The position numbers were made by a program, and so were the translations under genes. A stretch of DNA of 64,000 bases, taken from Mustelus asterias. Its lineage: Eukaryota. Below are positions 12,446-24,893 of this stretch, piece after piece (position 1 is the first letter of the stretch; each line of letters opens with the position of its first letter). The stretch spans positions 60,016,001-60,080,000 of the forward strand of contig NC_135813.1 in assembly GCF_964213995.1 (NCBI RefSeq). The letters run 5' to 3'. The notes below the pieces were generated by a model, which was given only the letters and a program-made list of their open reading frames with translations, ran no database searches and had not been told where the DNA came from.

Positions 12446-12904
12446 TAAATTAGAGATTGTTGTGATAGGTCGACGCTACTGGGAGTCAATAGGAATATGA
12501 TACTGGGAAGGACAGCTGTTGAATGTGGCAGACTGAATTGTCCAAAACAAAATCTCGGGGAAATGAGCAAAACAGCGGTTTCTAACGGGGGGAGAGTAAC
12601 AAGGGTTTAAATCAGAACATGTTCTTTGATTGATACTTAATCTTTGCAGGTGAACGTGTTCACTGCTCAGCAGCTGGGGAGGAATGTTCATCTCCCATCC
12701 TGGATATTGACAGAATCTGGTAACTGCCAAGGTCCAGGGCCAGAGATCCAAACTACTGTCAAGATTACAAGGGCTTATAGTTATGGCTTTAAATTGGCAA
12801 CTAATAAATCTATGGAAAATGATAGGCGCGCTACTTCGGGTCATTAAAGTCAAAGCACCAGATATATGACTAATGTTGGACAGTCCCTGCTTTAATATCT
12901 GAGC

Positions 12905-13130
12905 TCTGGCGTGACATACGTACATACGCTGGTCCATATTATTCTCTTTGAACAGAATGGCGGATTGGAAGGCGCATGCGCGGCGTGCAGGCCAATTAGT
13001 CCACTTGCTTTGTTGGCGCAGGTCAACTCTGTGACCGCTACTAAACGCTCCTTTCTTCTCGACACGTGGGAAACTACCAGCAACATCTGCATGCATTCTG
13101 GAGGCTAAGCGTGCTTCTGAAACCGCGTCA
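12905..13130. promoter_or_regulatory. Candidate hes5 upstream enhancer II
   Basis: CpG-containing unique block with GCGCATGCGC (NRF1-like) at 12972-12981, ATTGG/CCAAT and CACGTGGGAAA at 13063-13073. Confidence 0.55.
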
Positions 13131-13499
13131 GATAATAGAACCGCCCCCCCCCTCCCCCCCCCCCCCCCCCCACACACACACACCCTTCTTGTTTACTGGT
13201 ATCACACGCTTTAATAAGCATTAGCTTTAGTACATTCAGAAGGCCGCTGGCCATGTAAAATTGCAGTTCAATGGAGACATTGATTTTATTCCAGGGACCA
13301 AAGCAATTCAGGTTATGAAGCCTTATGTCTCGGTACACGCAGGTGGTGTGGGGACTGTGAACAGGCAGCAGTTCTGGAAAAGGCCTTTTATTTGAGCAGT
13401 TTCGCGCATTTTTTCCGAAAATAATTACCCAGAACTTTAATATGCTTAGTGGTATAGCGGTTTCAATATGAGTTCATTTTTATAGAGTTATAAATCATC

Positions 13500-13745
13500 A
13501 GGATTGTATATATTACATCTATATATTCAAGTTTATATACATATATAATATATATTATGTATTATATATATAATGCATATATAATGTTTTATAAATACAC
13601 ATTTTAATAAAGTTTTATCCAAATATGATTCCATAAATTTGCCGGTTTTACAAATGCGACTTTTTATTTACGCAGGATTTACACAACGCACACACACACA
13701 CACAAATACACACACAGACACACACACACATACAGACACACAGAC
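13500..13745. repeat. AT-rich low-complexity sequence and (CA)n microsatellite
   Basis: Degenerate (TA)n at 13505-13600; (CA)n at about 13689-13743. Confidence 0.85.
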
Positions 13746-15357
13746 CCACTTCAGACATTTTCAAATGCGTATCTTAAACGAATAGGCAAGTTTGATATTG
13801 TTTTAATATGTTTTATACATAGTTTTTACACCGATTTTACGTACATGCAGATTTCATGTAGTTAATGAAGAATTTTTCTTATTGGCATTTATATTTTATA
13901 CTTGTGAGGCATGGCCCATATTCAAGTCGACACAAATACAAACTTGGCAATTTTCATTACGTTACCAGCTATGGACATATCTTAATCTCAGCATGGTTTC
14001 CGTATATACAGGTTCTGTACAAATACAGGCCCTGTACTTCTTTACTTTGTAAATATAGTTGTATACTCATGCTTGGACAATTTACAGCTTTCATATAAGT
14101 GAAGGTTTTATGTGATTTTATATAATTGCAAGTTTCATGCATATTTTTACATAAAATGTTTTGTACACGTAATATCATTTTAAACACGTGCAGTTTCTGC
14201 ATGAAGATTGATTTGACAGCATGTAGATTTTACACACATCCACACATTAATATGATCTTACACCGCTCTCATAAAGTTGATGAAGACACATATTATATAA
14301 CTAGATGGTTTTCATACAAAGGAAAGTTTTATCCATCAAGCACCAAGTTTGTACAGGTTTGCGCATACACCCCCCCCCCCCCCCCCAAGCATGAGGGGAC
14401 AGAATGCTGCATTAGAGCGAATGCTAATTATTGAGAGGTTTCTCATTGGAAATAACTGTGAAGCGAAGCTCCGCCTATATGTTGTGGTGGATGAATAACA
14501 ATCCCTGGGACCCATTGAAAACAGATTGTGGGAGTTCCGCATCACCGCCCCCCCCCTAACTCCCCCCCCCCCTCCACCCCACACACACACACATACACAT
14601 CACCCCCAACACCTCCCAGGTTGTGGCCCGCATTAATACATCAGAAAACGCCACTTTCGCAGATAATCCGGTCATTCATCGCATTTGCTAATTGTAGAAA
14701 CGTTCTCTGGGCAATCGACTGCAGCTTTTTCATACCAGAAATATGATTGTGCTCCAGAAGTAACTAATTGGACCTAACATGCGCTGAGACGCCCGGAACA
14801 TGCGAAAGTCTCTGTATGACTACACACTATGCAGGCGCTATGGATAAATGAGCGCTGTACCTGCTGCTTAACTCGGCCTTTTCCGACTCCCAAAGGTTCC
14901 TGTGAACTCTGGGGCTGTCTTCTGCTCAGGTTGTGATTTTACTTGTTTTTGTTTAAATCAATGTTATTCCGGAAGTGGGGTTTATCTTGTCTGAATAGGA
15001 AAATATATAAAAAACCTATCCATAACAGAGCCCAGATACTTTCCAGTCTGAACATATTCTATTGAGCAAACAAAAGGTAAAACTGGCAAAGCAAGCCAGC
15101 CTAATTAAGGTGCAAGCCTGCTTGAGGGGATCTGTAACTAAAAACAAAATCTCAAAGGAAAATTATCAGAATTAAATCAAAATGCGGTGGGGGGGGGGGG
15201 GGGGGCGTGGGGGAGGGGGCGGGGAGGGTGGAGGTGGTCAATGATGCACCTCAGCCCCCAGGTTGGTCATTCCGATAATACTTCGGTGTTATTTTTCACA
15301 CATTGTTGGAATCAGTATACATTTGAATAGAGTAGGCTAAATCGCACCGACGATTTT

Positions 15358-15945
15358 TCGATTAAGGTTGCCCTCTTTTTAGGTCAAACCAAATAAACAA
15401 ACTCAAATTAAGTCAGGACAAAGTAAAAGGGGCAGCTCCCCAAAAAGGAGGGGGAACAGCCCGAACAGAAATCAAAGTACAAAGGAAATTTAAAACATCA
15501 AATTAAAATGTGATTATTAGGGTCGATAACGCACCCCAACCCCTGCGGTGCCCAGCGGGCGTGGAAGGCGTCAACCGCGCCCGTGGACACCGCATGCTCC
15601 CTCTCCAGGGACACCTGGCCGCGAACGTAGCCGTTCGATTAACGTTGCTCGATTAACGTTGCTCTCTTTTTAGGTCAAACCAAACCAAGTAAACAAACTC
15701 AGATTAAATCAGGACAAAGTAAAAGGGGCAGCTCCCCAAAAAGGAGGGGGAACAGCCCGAACAGAAATCAAAGTACAAAGGAAACTTAAAAACATCAAAT
15801 TAAAACGTGATTATTAGGGTCAATAACGCACCCCAACCCCTGCGGTGCCCAGCGGGCGCGGAAAGCGTCAACCCCGCCCGTGGACACCGCATGCTCCCTC
15901 TCCAGGGACACCTGGCCGCGAACGTAGCCGTTCGATTAACGTTGC
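15358..15945 (-). mobile_element. Two tandem copies of a 5'-truncated Tx1/L1-clade LINE 3' end
   Basis: Copies at about 15372-15633 and 15663-15930; first copy on minus reads GYVRGQVSLEREHAVSTGAVDAFHARWAPQGLGCVIDPNNHILI*; each copy flanked by TCGATTAA(C/G)GTTGC. Confidence 0.7.
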
Positions 15946-16076
15946 TCACAGCGCTGGTATTATCTACTGACGTGTATCACAGATCCTCGGGATAGTTCTG
16001 TTCCTTATCTGAAGGATGTTCTCGCTAACATTGCAGTTCTGCTGCGAGTTCCAACTTCTATAGTTGCTTTTAAGGG

Positions 16077-16136
16077 GATATATATATATATATATAGTTA
16101 TATATATATATATATATATATAACTACATATATATA
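16077..16136. repeat. (TA)n microsatellite
   Basis: Direct reading. Confidence 0.95.
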
Positions 16137-16349
16137 AAACCAGACACGTGGGCACATGATGCACGGAAGAAGGGAATGATCTTGGTGAACATCATTTCAG
16201 CCACGTTCCAATGCATTAACGGATATTAAAATGCAAACTCCGCACTCCACCTCAGCCAACAGTAAAAGCTCACATCTGAGAACGGTAAAATTGGCTTGTT
16301 GATTAATATTCAACTATATTCTAAGGTTTCTAAGTAGAAATATATAGAA

Positions 16350-17030
16350 TCTACACATTGAAGCAGCCATTCGGCCCAACCATTCTATGTCGACATTTAT
16401 GCCGCTTCTTATCCAACCTGTATAACCTTTCCCCTTCATAGGACATAACTCCTTTGAAATGCATCTATGCGATTTCACTCTAACCATCCCTGTGGAACTG
16501 AATTCCGCATTAGCAAGAAGTTTCTTTTGAATTCACTATTTGATTTTCTTGATGAGTATTTTCTTTATTTATAGCCTCAGGTTTGTTACTGTAAACACTC
16601 TGTGCGACTACTCCACAAAACAACATTTCAAAATTTGGAAGATCTCTAACAAGTCGTTCCCGGACCTTCTGATTTCAAGGGAAAATAAATCCGGGCAGTT
16701 CCTCCTTTGCTGACAGGTATGATCGCTCGAAGTTCTAGTCTCTTAAAGATTGTAAATCTTTATTTTGCCCCATCTCTGCTTTCTCGATTTTTAAAAAAAA
16801 TATTATGCGGCGAACAGAGATGTACTCGGCACTCCAAGTGTGGTCTAACCCAGAATCCATACATATTCACCACGACTTCTCGAATGTTAAGTTCGATCCC
16901 TTCAGGAATAAACTCCAGTGTTCGGTTTCCCTCTGCTAAGATTTTATTGGGGCAACACTCAGTAATTTGTGTATTCATACTTCGAGATCCCTTGAGGTTT
17001 TTTGCGACCCCGAATTACTTTTCGAAACGG
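16350..17030 (-). mobile_element. Old degraded CR1 3' fragment
   Basis: Minus ORF piece GIELNIREVVVNMY..VRPHLECRVHLCSPH. Confidence 0.65.
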
Positions 17031-17604
17031 ATTTAAAACAATACAGCAGTTAATAGCCTGAAACCAACTCTTAACGAAAAGCGTGACTGGCCCCGCAAAG
17101 AATGAGCCATTGAGTCTTGTGTCATTTACTGAGGTTAGAGCTACTCAAAAAGAAATTGACAGCAAACGTCTGCGCGTAATCTTAACGCTTGCCGTCGCCC
17201 TCATATGGATACGAAACATGTCGTTCCTCGGAACAATCCTCATTGAAGAAGTCAGTTGAAATCTCAGCTCAAAACCCAAAGAAACATAATTACTTTTGAC
17301 CGAAAGTAAGACCTTCTGCAAGAAATATAATTTGGTAGGCAAAAGTTATTTTCACTGAGGTTGTTTGTGATCCCTATACACTCCACGTTATTACGTTATT
17401 AAAGGCTTTGTGGATTTATATAGGTTTCTATAGTAAGTATTAGAATTTGTCCTTTTTATTTGCAAGTGCAGATACCTTCTCCAATACCGGTTTTTTGAAA
17501 ACATGTAACTGAACGGAGACTACCATCTAGCGGTCGGCTTGTGTAAAGATTTGCGAAAATAAAATTAATAAATTCTGGAAAGAAGCAGCCTTTTCTTGTC
17601 AGTT

Positions 17605-17885
17605 TAAAGTTTATTCATTGGTGTCACAAGTAAGCTTACATTAACACTGCAGTGAAGATACTGTGGAAATCCCCTAGTTGCCAGACTCCGGCACCTTTTT
17701 GGGTACACTGAGGGAGAATTTAGCATGGCCTAGCACCCTAACCAGCACATCTTTCGGATTGTGAAAGGACACCGGAGCGCCCGGAGGAAACCCACGCAGA
17801 CACGGCGAGAACATGCAGACTCCGCACAGACAGTGACCCAAGCTGGGAATCGAACCCAGGTCCCTGACACTGTGAGGCAGCAGTT
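17605..17885 (-). mobile_element. V-SINE variant with an alternative 3' tail (..CTTGTGACAC..AATAAA)
   Basis: HE1-like head and core with a different tail; siblings at 22154-22431, 50982-51262 and 63305-63580. Confidence 0.8.
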
Positions 17886-17929
17886 TGGATCTTGTGTCTC
17901 TGTTGTGGGGCCGGCAGTGAACACAAGTC

Positions 17930-18018
17930 CTCACTCACCTGATGAAGCAGCCTGAGACTCCGAAAGCTACTGCCAAATAAACCTGTTGGACTTTTAACCT
18001 GGTGTTGTGAGACTTCTT
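17930..18018 (+). mobile_element. PLE pseudo-LTR fragment with decayed hammerhead motif
   Basis: CACTCACCTGATGAAG..CTCCGAAAGCTA..CCAAATAAACCTGTTGGAC..CCTGGTGTTGTGAGACTTCTT, same family as 2679-2865. Confidence 0.75.
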
Positions 18019-18119
18019 TCTGTTGCGGGGACCATGAATTGGATTGAATTTGAATTTGGTTTTTGGAGCAAGTAAGGAAGTGGATTTGGGTTTGCTCGGT
18101 CCATTCTGTGCATTGGCTC

Positions 18120-19455
18120 TGTAACTGTAAGAATGGAGAATTAAAAGGAAAGAGGTACAAAGGGATCTGGATGTCATGGTCCACAAATCAAGAAACGTTA
18201 GTATGCAAACCTTCGTATGCAGCGCGGTGACACAATGGTTAGCACTGCTGTCTCACAGCACATGGACCCAGGTTCAACTCTGGCCTCGAGTCACTGCCTG
18301 TGTGGAGTCTGCACGTTCTCCTCATGTCTGCGTGGGTTTCCTTCGTGTGCTCAGGTTTCCTCCACTGTCCGAAGATGTGCTGGTTAGGTTGATTGGCCAT
18401 GCTAAATTGTCCCTTAGTGTCAGCGGGACATAGTAGGGTAAATACGTGGGGTTATGGGGATCGGGTCTGGATGGGATCGTTGTCAGTGCAGGCTCGATGG
18501 GCTGAATGGCCTCCTTCTACTGTAGGATTCTATGATTCAAATGTAGCAAGTGATTATAAAGGCAAATAGAATGTTGTTTATTGCAAGAGGAATGGATCAT
18601 AAAAGTAGAGATGTTTTGATGTACAGGGCGTTGGTAAGACTACATCTAGAGTACTGTGCACAATTTTAATCTCCTTATTTAAGAAGGGATTATAAATGCA
18701 TTAGAAGCAGTTTAGAGAAGGTTCACTGGACTGATACCTGGGATAGGGTTGGAGGTGTTGTCTTATGAAAAAAAGGTTGGAAAGGGGCCTGTATTCATTG
18801 GACTTTAGAAGAATAAGAGGTAATTTTAAAAATATCTGGAATTAAGAATCTACTGATGACCATGAAACCATTGCCGATTGTCAGAAAAACCCATCTCATT
18901 CACTAATGTCCTGTAGGAAAGGAAATCTCCCGTCCTTACTTGGTCTGGTCTACATGTGACTCCAGGGGCACAGCAATGTGGTTGACTCTCAAATGCCCTC
19001 AGGCAAGTAGGAATGGACAATAAATGCTGGCCAGCCAGCAACGCCCACGAGCCATGAATGAATAAAAAAAAAATCTTATTGAAACTTATATGACCCTGAG
19101 AGGATTTGACAGAGCAGATGATGAAATTATATTTCCCCTTGTGGGAGAGACTAGAACATGGAAACAAAGTTTAAAAATAAGGGTTCTCCCATTTAAAATA
19201 GAGTTGATAATACTTTTTTCCCCTCAAAGGGTTGTGAATCTTTGAAACTCTCTTCCCCAGTAGTAGTGGAGGCAGGCTCAATGACTATTTTTAACGCAGA
19301 GGTAGACAGATTCTTGACTAACAAGGGAGTTAAAGGTTATTGGGGATAGGTGGAAAGCGGAGTTGAGGCCACAATCAGATGAGCCATGATCTTATTGAAT
19401 GGCAGAGCAGGCTCAAGAGGCCAAATTTTCTATTCCTGCTCCTAATTATATGATT
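18120..19455 (+). mobile_element. CR1 3' fragment containing a HE1 SINE (about 18222-18538) and a second-family SINE (about 18832-19073)
   Basis: CR1 motifs GGTAAGACTACATCTAGAGTACTGTG and ..CAGATGAGCCATGATCTTATTGAATGG; SINE cores. Confidence 0.8.
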
Positions 19456-19699
19456 GCAAGTTCATGTAGGTGAGTGTCCATTATCCTGACAGCAGTTCTG
19501 ATGCCTTCATTCTGCAGCACCTCTTTATGTGATATGCATTGATCCAGTGTGGGAGTCAAAGACTGGCTATTGGGTGACAGGAATTATCCACTTTTCATAT
19601 GCTCATGACCCTGGTAGGGGCCCATCTACATATCTACAGCAAATCTACAGTAAGAATCACGCTGCCACAAACAAAATTATTGAGCACACCATTCTCACA

Positions 19700-21780
19700 C
19701 TAATCATGGGCTGATAAATAAAAGTTGACACGGATTTGGTAAAGGGAACTCAGATTTGACTAAACTAATTGAGTTCTTTGGTACATTAACAGAATAGTTT
19801 GATGAAGATTGTGCAGTTGATGGTGCCTATATGAATGTTTGAGAAAGTGCTCATGATAGACTTAGCAACATTGAAGCTCATGGGATTAAATGATCAGTGA
19901 AAGTGTGGATATATTAAACTGGCTGATGGACAATAAGAAAGAGTTGTGGGAAACAATTGATTTTTAGACTGGAGGCATGTATAAATTGGTAATTTCCAAG
20001 GATTGGTATCAGTACCCCTACTCTTATTGTGATATATTCAATGAGCTTGACTTTGGTATACAGCACACAATTTCAAATTTTTCAGCTAACACAAAACTTG
20101 GAAATGCAATAAAGAGTGAAGAGGATAGTAATGGACTTCAGGAGAACTTCAATAGTTTGGGTAACGTGCCAATTCATGGTTCATGAAATTTAGTGATCAT
20201 AGAATCCTACGTGCAGAAGGAGGTCCTTTGGCCCATCACATTTGCACTGACTCTCCAAGTCCTATCCCCATAACCCTGTGCATTTAGTATGGCCAATCTA
20301 CCAAACCCGCACATCTTTGGACTGTGGGAGAAAACCGGAGCTCCCGGAGGAAACCCACGCAGATACCGGGAAGAATGTGCAAACTCCACACAGACACCCA
20401 TGGCCGTAATTGAACCTCGGTCTCTTAGCAGCAGTATTAACCACTGTGTCATGATGCTGCCCATTGAATTGAAATTTCACTATCTGTAACGGTGGGATTT
20501 GAATCAAAGCATTCCCTGGTTGTCCAGCTTATTGGTCCGGTGATATTACCACCATGCCACCACATCCCTTTAATGATGAAGTATGAAGTGATTAATTCTC
20601 TAGAGAGCGTGAGGTTAAGCAACATAAACTGAATGGTACAATTCTGAAGGGGTTACAGGAACAGAGAAGGCTGGGGCTGAACACATAAACTTTGTTTGAA
20701 GGTGATAGGGCAAGTAGAAAGGGCTGCTTAAAGTACATATTGGATCCATGACTTCACAAATAGAGTTAAAAATAAATAAGCTGTCGTCCACATTTATAAA
20801 ACATTCATTAGGCCCAGTTGGAATTTTGTGTCAATTGCTGAGTACCGCATTTCTAAAAGGGTGTCAAGGCTTTGACATGGGTGGCATAGTGGCACGGGGG
20901 GGGGGGGGGGGGGCACAGTGATTAGCACTGCTGCCTCACAGCTCCAGGGACCCGGGTTCGATTCCCTGTTTGGGTGACTGTGTGGAGTTTGCACGTTCTC
21001 CCCGTGTCTGTGTGGGTTTCCTCCAGGTGCTCTGGTTTCCTCCCACCATCCAAAGATGTGCAGGTTAGGTTGATTGGCCATACTAAATTGCCCCTTAGTA
21101 TCCCGGGATGTGCAGGTGAGAGGGATTAGCAGGGTAAATATATCAGGTTGTGGGGATAGGCCTAGGTGGGATTGTTGTCAGTGCAGACTTGATGGGCCAA
21201 ATGGCCTCCTTCTGCACTGTAGGGGTTCTATGATTCCATGGTTTCTATGAGAGGGTGAGAGGAGATTTATCATACTGTGGATGCAGTACTTCAGTTACAG
21301 TAAGTTACTTACTCCAGTTACTTACTGTGCTTACCCCAGTCCAACGTCGGCATCTCCATATGAGTACTTCAGTTACACAGAGAAGCTGTGATTCCTGGAG
21401 CAGAGTATTTTAGAGGGAATTTGACCGAGGTCTTTAAATAATGTGAGCATGTTTCCAATGGCAGAAATTTCAGCAAGCTGATGACTCAGATTTAGGTCAA
21501 TAGTAAAAGAACCAGGCAGAGAAGGAGGATCTGAGGTAGTAAAATTATGACCATCTGGAATGTGCTGCCTAAAAGGTGCTGGAGGCAGATTCATTAATAA
21601 TCATCAAAAAGCAATTGGATACCTGCTTGAAGGGGAAATATTGGCAATGCCATGGGGGGCACGGGGAGGTGGGGGTATGGGGGGAGTGCAGGGAAGGGGA
21701 AGCCGAGCAGCGGCAGTGATTGGACAGCTCGTTCAGAGAGTTGGCACCGACTCGAAGGGCCCAATGTCTGCCTTCTGTGG
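19700..21780 (+). mobile_element. Old CR1 fragments with HE1-type SINEs at about 20195-20460 (-) and 20912-21250 (+)
   Basis: ORF piece NELDFGIQHTISNFSANTKLG (decayed KFADDTKLG); SINE cores. Confidence 0.7.
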
Positions 21781-22153
21781 ATTGGTGACTGTTTTAAGTG
21801 CTAATGGCTCCATCCTGTGGAAGAGCCAAGAATGACAGATGTTACTTTCAGCGCTCACAGTTGCCACTAAAGTGCTGCCCAATTATTGCAATAGTTCAGC
21901 GGGGATGTACTCAGGACATTTAAATATGATCGTTATTTGGATTTTATGCATACATTAATGGATTTTGTGATGATTTGGAAAATACGGTCTCTACTTTATC
22001 TTTTTCTGTTGTCCTTGTGTCACTGGTTTGAATCATTTATTCTTGGGGCGTGGACAGTACAGACCAGATTATATTTATTGTCTCTATCTCTAATTCTTCC
22101 TCTGTCAGTCTCCTTTTGCTTCTGAGGCACGTATCTCTTATTTTCCTCTAACA

Positions 22154-22431
22154 GGCATAGTGGTTCGCATTGTTGCTTCTCAGCGCCAGGGACCGGTGTT
22201 TGATTCCCAGCTTGGGAACTCCACTGTCTGTGTGGAATCTACACGTTGTCCCCCTGTCTGTGTGGGTTTCCTCCGGGTGCTCGGGTTTCCTCCCACAGTC
22301 TGAAAGACGTGCTGGTTAGGTCATTGGCCATGCTAAATTCTCCCTCAGTGTACCCGAACAGGCGCCGGAGTGTGGAGACTAGGGATTTTCACAGTAACTT
22401 TTAATGTAAGCTTACTTGTGACACTAATAAA
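22154..22431 (+). mobile_element. V-SINE variant with alternative tail
   Basis: Core GGGTTTCCTCCGGGTGCTC..; tail GTAAGCTTACTTGTGACACTAATAAA. Confidence 0.8.
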
Positions 22432-22775
22432 ACCAACTTTATAAAATAAACTTACCATTTTTGTGCCTCTATGTCCAGCCTCTTGGCTTTTCTCATATTT
22501 TGTTTCTGCTTGACTTATTCTCCTTTCAGACGTGACAATGTGAGTTGGAGTTTGGAAGGAAATGGATTCACAAAAGGATTGGTGCCGATGTTTTCCAGAG
22601 GTGATGATGTGGTAAGTCTGGCTTGCATTGTTCAGCAACTGACTTCCCATCACATTCACAATTTCTTATATATTACTGCATCTCTTAATCTAATCATGTC
22701 CCCAAATCCTTCAGCAACCCACTATTTACATCCCATTTTACCATTTAACTCTCTTAACTGCTTCCATTACCAATG

Positions 22776-22960
22776 TAATATAAAAGCAAAATCTTGCAGA
22801 TGCTGGAATCTGAAACAAAACCAGAAAATGCTGGAAAATCTCAGCAGGTCTGACAGCATCTGTGAAGAGAGAATAGAGCCAAAGTTTTGAGTCTGGATGA
22901 CCCTTCGTCAGAACTCTGATGAAGGGTCATCCTAACTCAAAACTTTGAGTCTATTCTCTC
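22776..22960. mobile_element. PLE-derived fold-back element carrying two opposed decayed hammerhead motifs
   Basis: 13-bp TSD TCCATTACCAATG at 22763-22775 and 22961-22973; inverted arms 22867-22912 and 22915-22960; CTGATGA on plus and CTGACGA on minus at the centre. Confidence 0.8.
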
Positions 22961-23808
22961 TCCATTACCAATGCCCCACTCTTACTTTGTACCTTCTCCA
23001 TCACCAACTCTGCTAGTGTACAATTCGCCCTTAACTCTCCATCCACCTATTCAGCACAAAGGTGGATAATAATAGACTGGAGATTTGCCCATTTTCCTTT
23101 CAACCTGTTTACATTCTGCCCTTCTGTTCCAATCTTCTATGCTTTTTTATGTCACACCATTAGGAGAGGTCCACCAGAGGTGGTGGCACAGTGATGTACA
23201 GTCAGGAGGGATCTGCCCTGAGAGTTCTAACATTGACTCCCAACTCCATGAAGTCTCAAGGCATCAGGTCAAACATGGGCAAGGAAACCTTCTGCTTTCC
23301 CTCAATCAGTAATCTTCCATGCTGTGCATCACTTAGATAAAGCGCTGAGGGTCTCTGGGAGGGCAACTTCAATGCTAGTCACCAAGAGTGGTTCATGGCA
23401 CTGTGACTGACTGAGCTGGCACATTGCTAATCAACATGGCTGCAAGTCTGGGCTAGCAGCAGGTGGTGACGGAACCAACAAGAGGAAAAATGTACTTGAC
23501 CTTACCCTCAGAAATCTTTCTGCCACAGATGCAATTGTATATGACCATGTCAGTAGGAGAGACCACTGCACAGTCCTTGTGGAGACGAAGTCCCATAACC
23601 ACACTAAGGATATCATCCATTGTTGTGAGGCACTATTATTGTGATAAATAGGATACATTCAGTCCAGACCTAGCAGCTGAAAATTGGGCATCCACGAAGC
23701 TCTGTAGGCCATCAGCAGAAGGATTTTATTCAACCACAACGTGTACCTGAAGACTTGGCATATCCCCCACTCTAACATTATCAGCACACCAGGGGATCAA
23801 ACCTGGTT

Positions 23809-24893
23809 CATAGAACATAGAACATAGAAAGCCACAGCACAAACAGGCCCTTCGGCCCACAAGTTGCGCCGATCATATCCCTACCTCTAGGCCTATCTAT
23901 AGCCCTCAATCCCATTAAATCCCATGTACTCATCCAGAAGTCTCTTAAAAGACCCCAACGAGTTTGCCTCCACCACCACCGACGTCAGCCGATTCCACTC
24001 ACCCACCACCCTCTGAGTGAAAAACTTACCCCTGACATCTCCTCTGTACCTACCCCCCAGCACCTTAAACCTGTGTCCTCTCGTAGCAACCATTTCAGCC
24101 CTTGGAAATAGCCTCTGAGAGTCTACCCTATCCAGACCTCTCAACATCTTGTAAACCTCTATCAGGTCACCTCTCATCCTTCGTCTCTCCAGGGAGAAGA
24201 GACCAAGCACCCTCAACCTATCCTCATAAGGCATGCCCCCCAATCCAGGCAACATCCTTGTAAATCTCCTCTGCACCCTTTCAATGGCTTCAACATCTTT
24301 CCTGTAATGAGGTGACCAGAACTGCGCGCAGTACTCCAAGTGGGGTCTAACCAGGGTCCTATAAAGCTGCAGCATTATCTCCCGACTCCTAAACTCAATC
24401 CCTCGATTAATGAAGGCTAGTACGCCGTACGCCTTCTTGACCGCATCCTCCACCTGCGAGGCCGATTTAAGAGTCCTATGGACCCGGACCCCAAGGTCCT
24501 TCTGATCCTCTACACTGCTAAGAATGGTACCCTTCATATTATACTGCTGCTTCATCCCATTGGATCTGCCAAAATGGATCACTACACACTTATCCGGGTT
24601 GAAGTCCATCTGCCACTTCTCCGCCCAGTCTTGCATTCTATCTATGTCTCGCTGCAACTTCTGACATCCCTCCAAACTATCCACAACACCACCTACCTTG
24701 GTGTCGTCAGCAAACTTACCAACCCATCCCTCCACTTCCTCATCCAGGTCATTTATGAAAATGACAAACAGCAAGGGTCCCAGAACAGATCCCTGGGGCA
24801 CTCCACTGGTCACTGACCTCCATGCAGAGAAAGACCCCTCCACAGCCACTCTCTGCCTTCTGCAGGCAAGTCAGTTCTGGATCCACAAGGCAA
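23809..24893 (-). mobile_element. Young 5'-truncated CR1 with an uninterrupted 318-codon ORF2 C-terminal part
   Basis: ORF 23893-24849: GVPQGSVLGPLLF, KFADD, RPHLEYCAQFWSP..FFTQRVVGEWNRL; (TTCTATG)n tail. Confidence 0.95.

Noticed and set aside
12476-13183. 235-aa minus-strand ORF
   Set aside because: Begins in a microsatellite and C run, no domain; better explained as enhancer DNA
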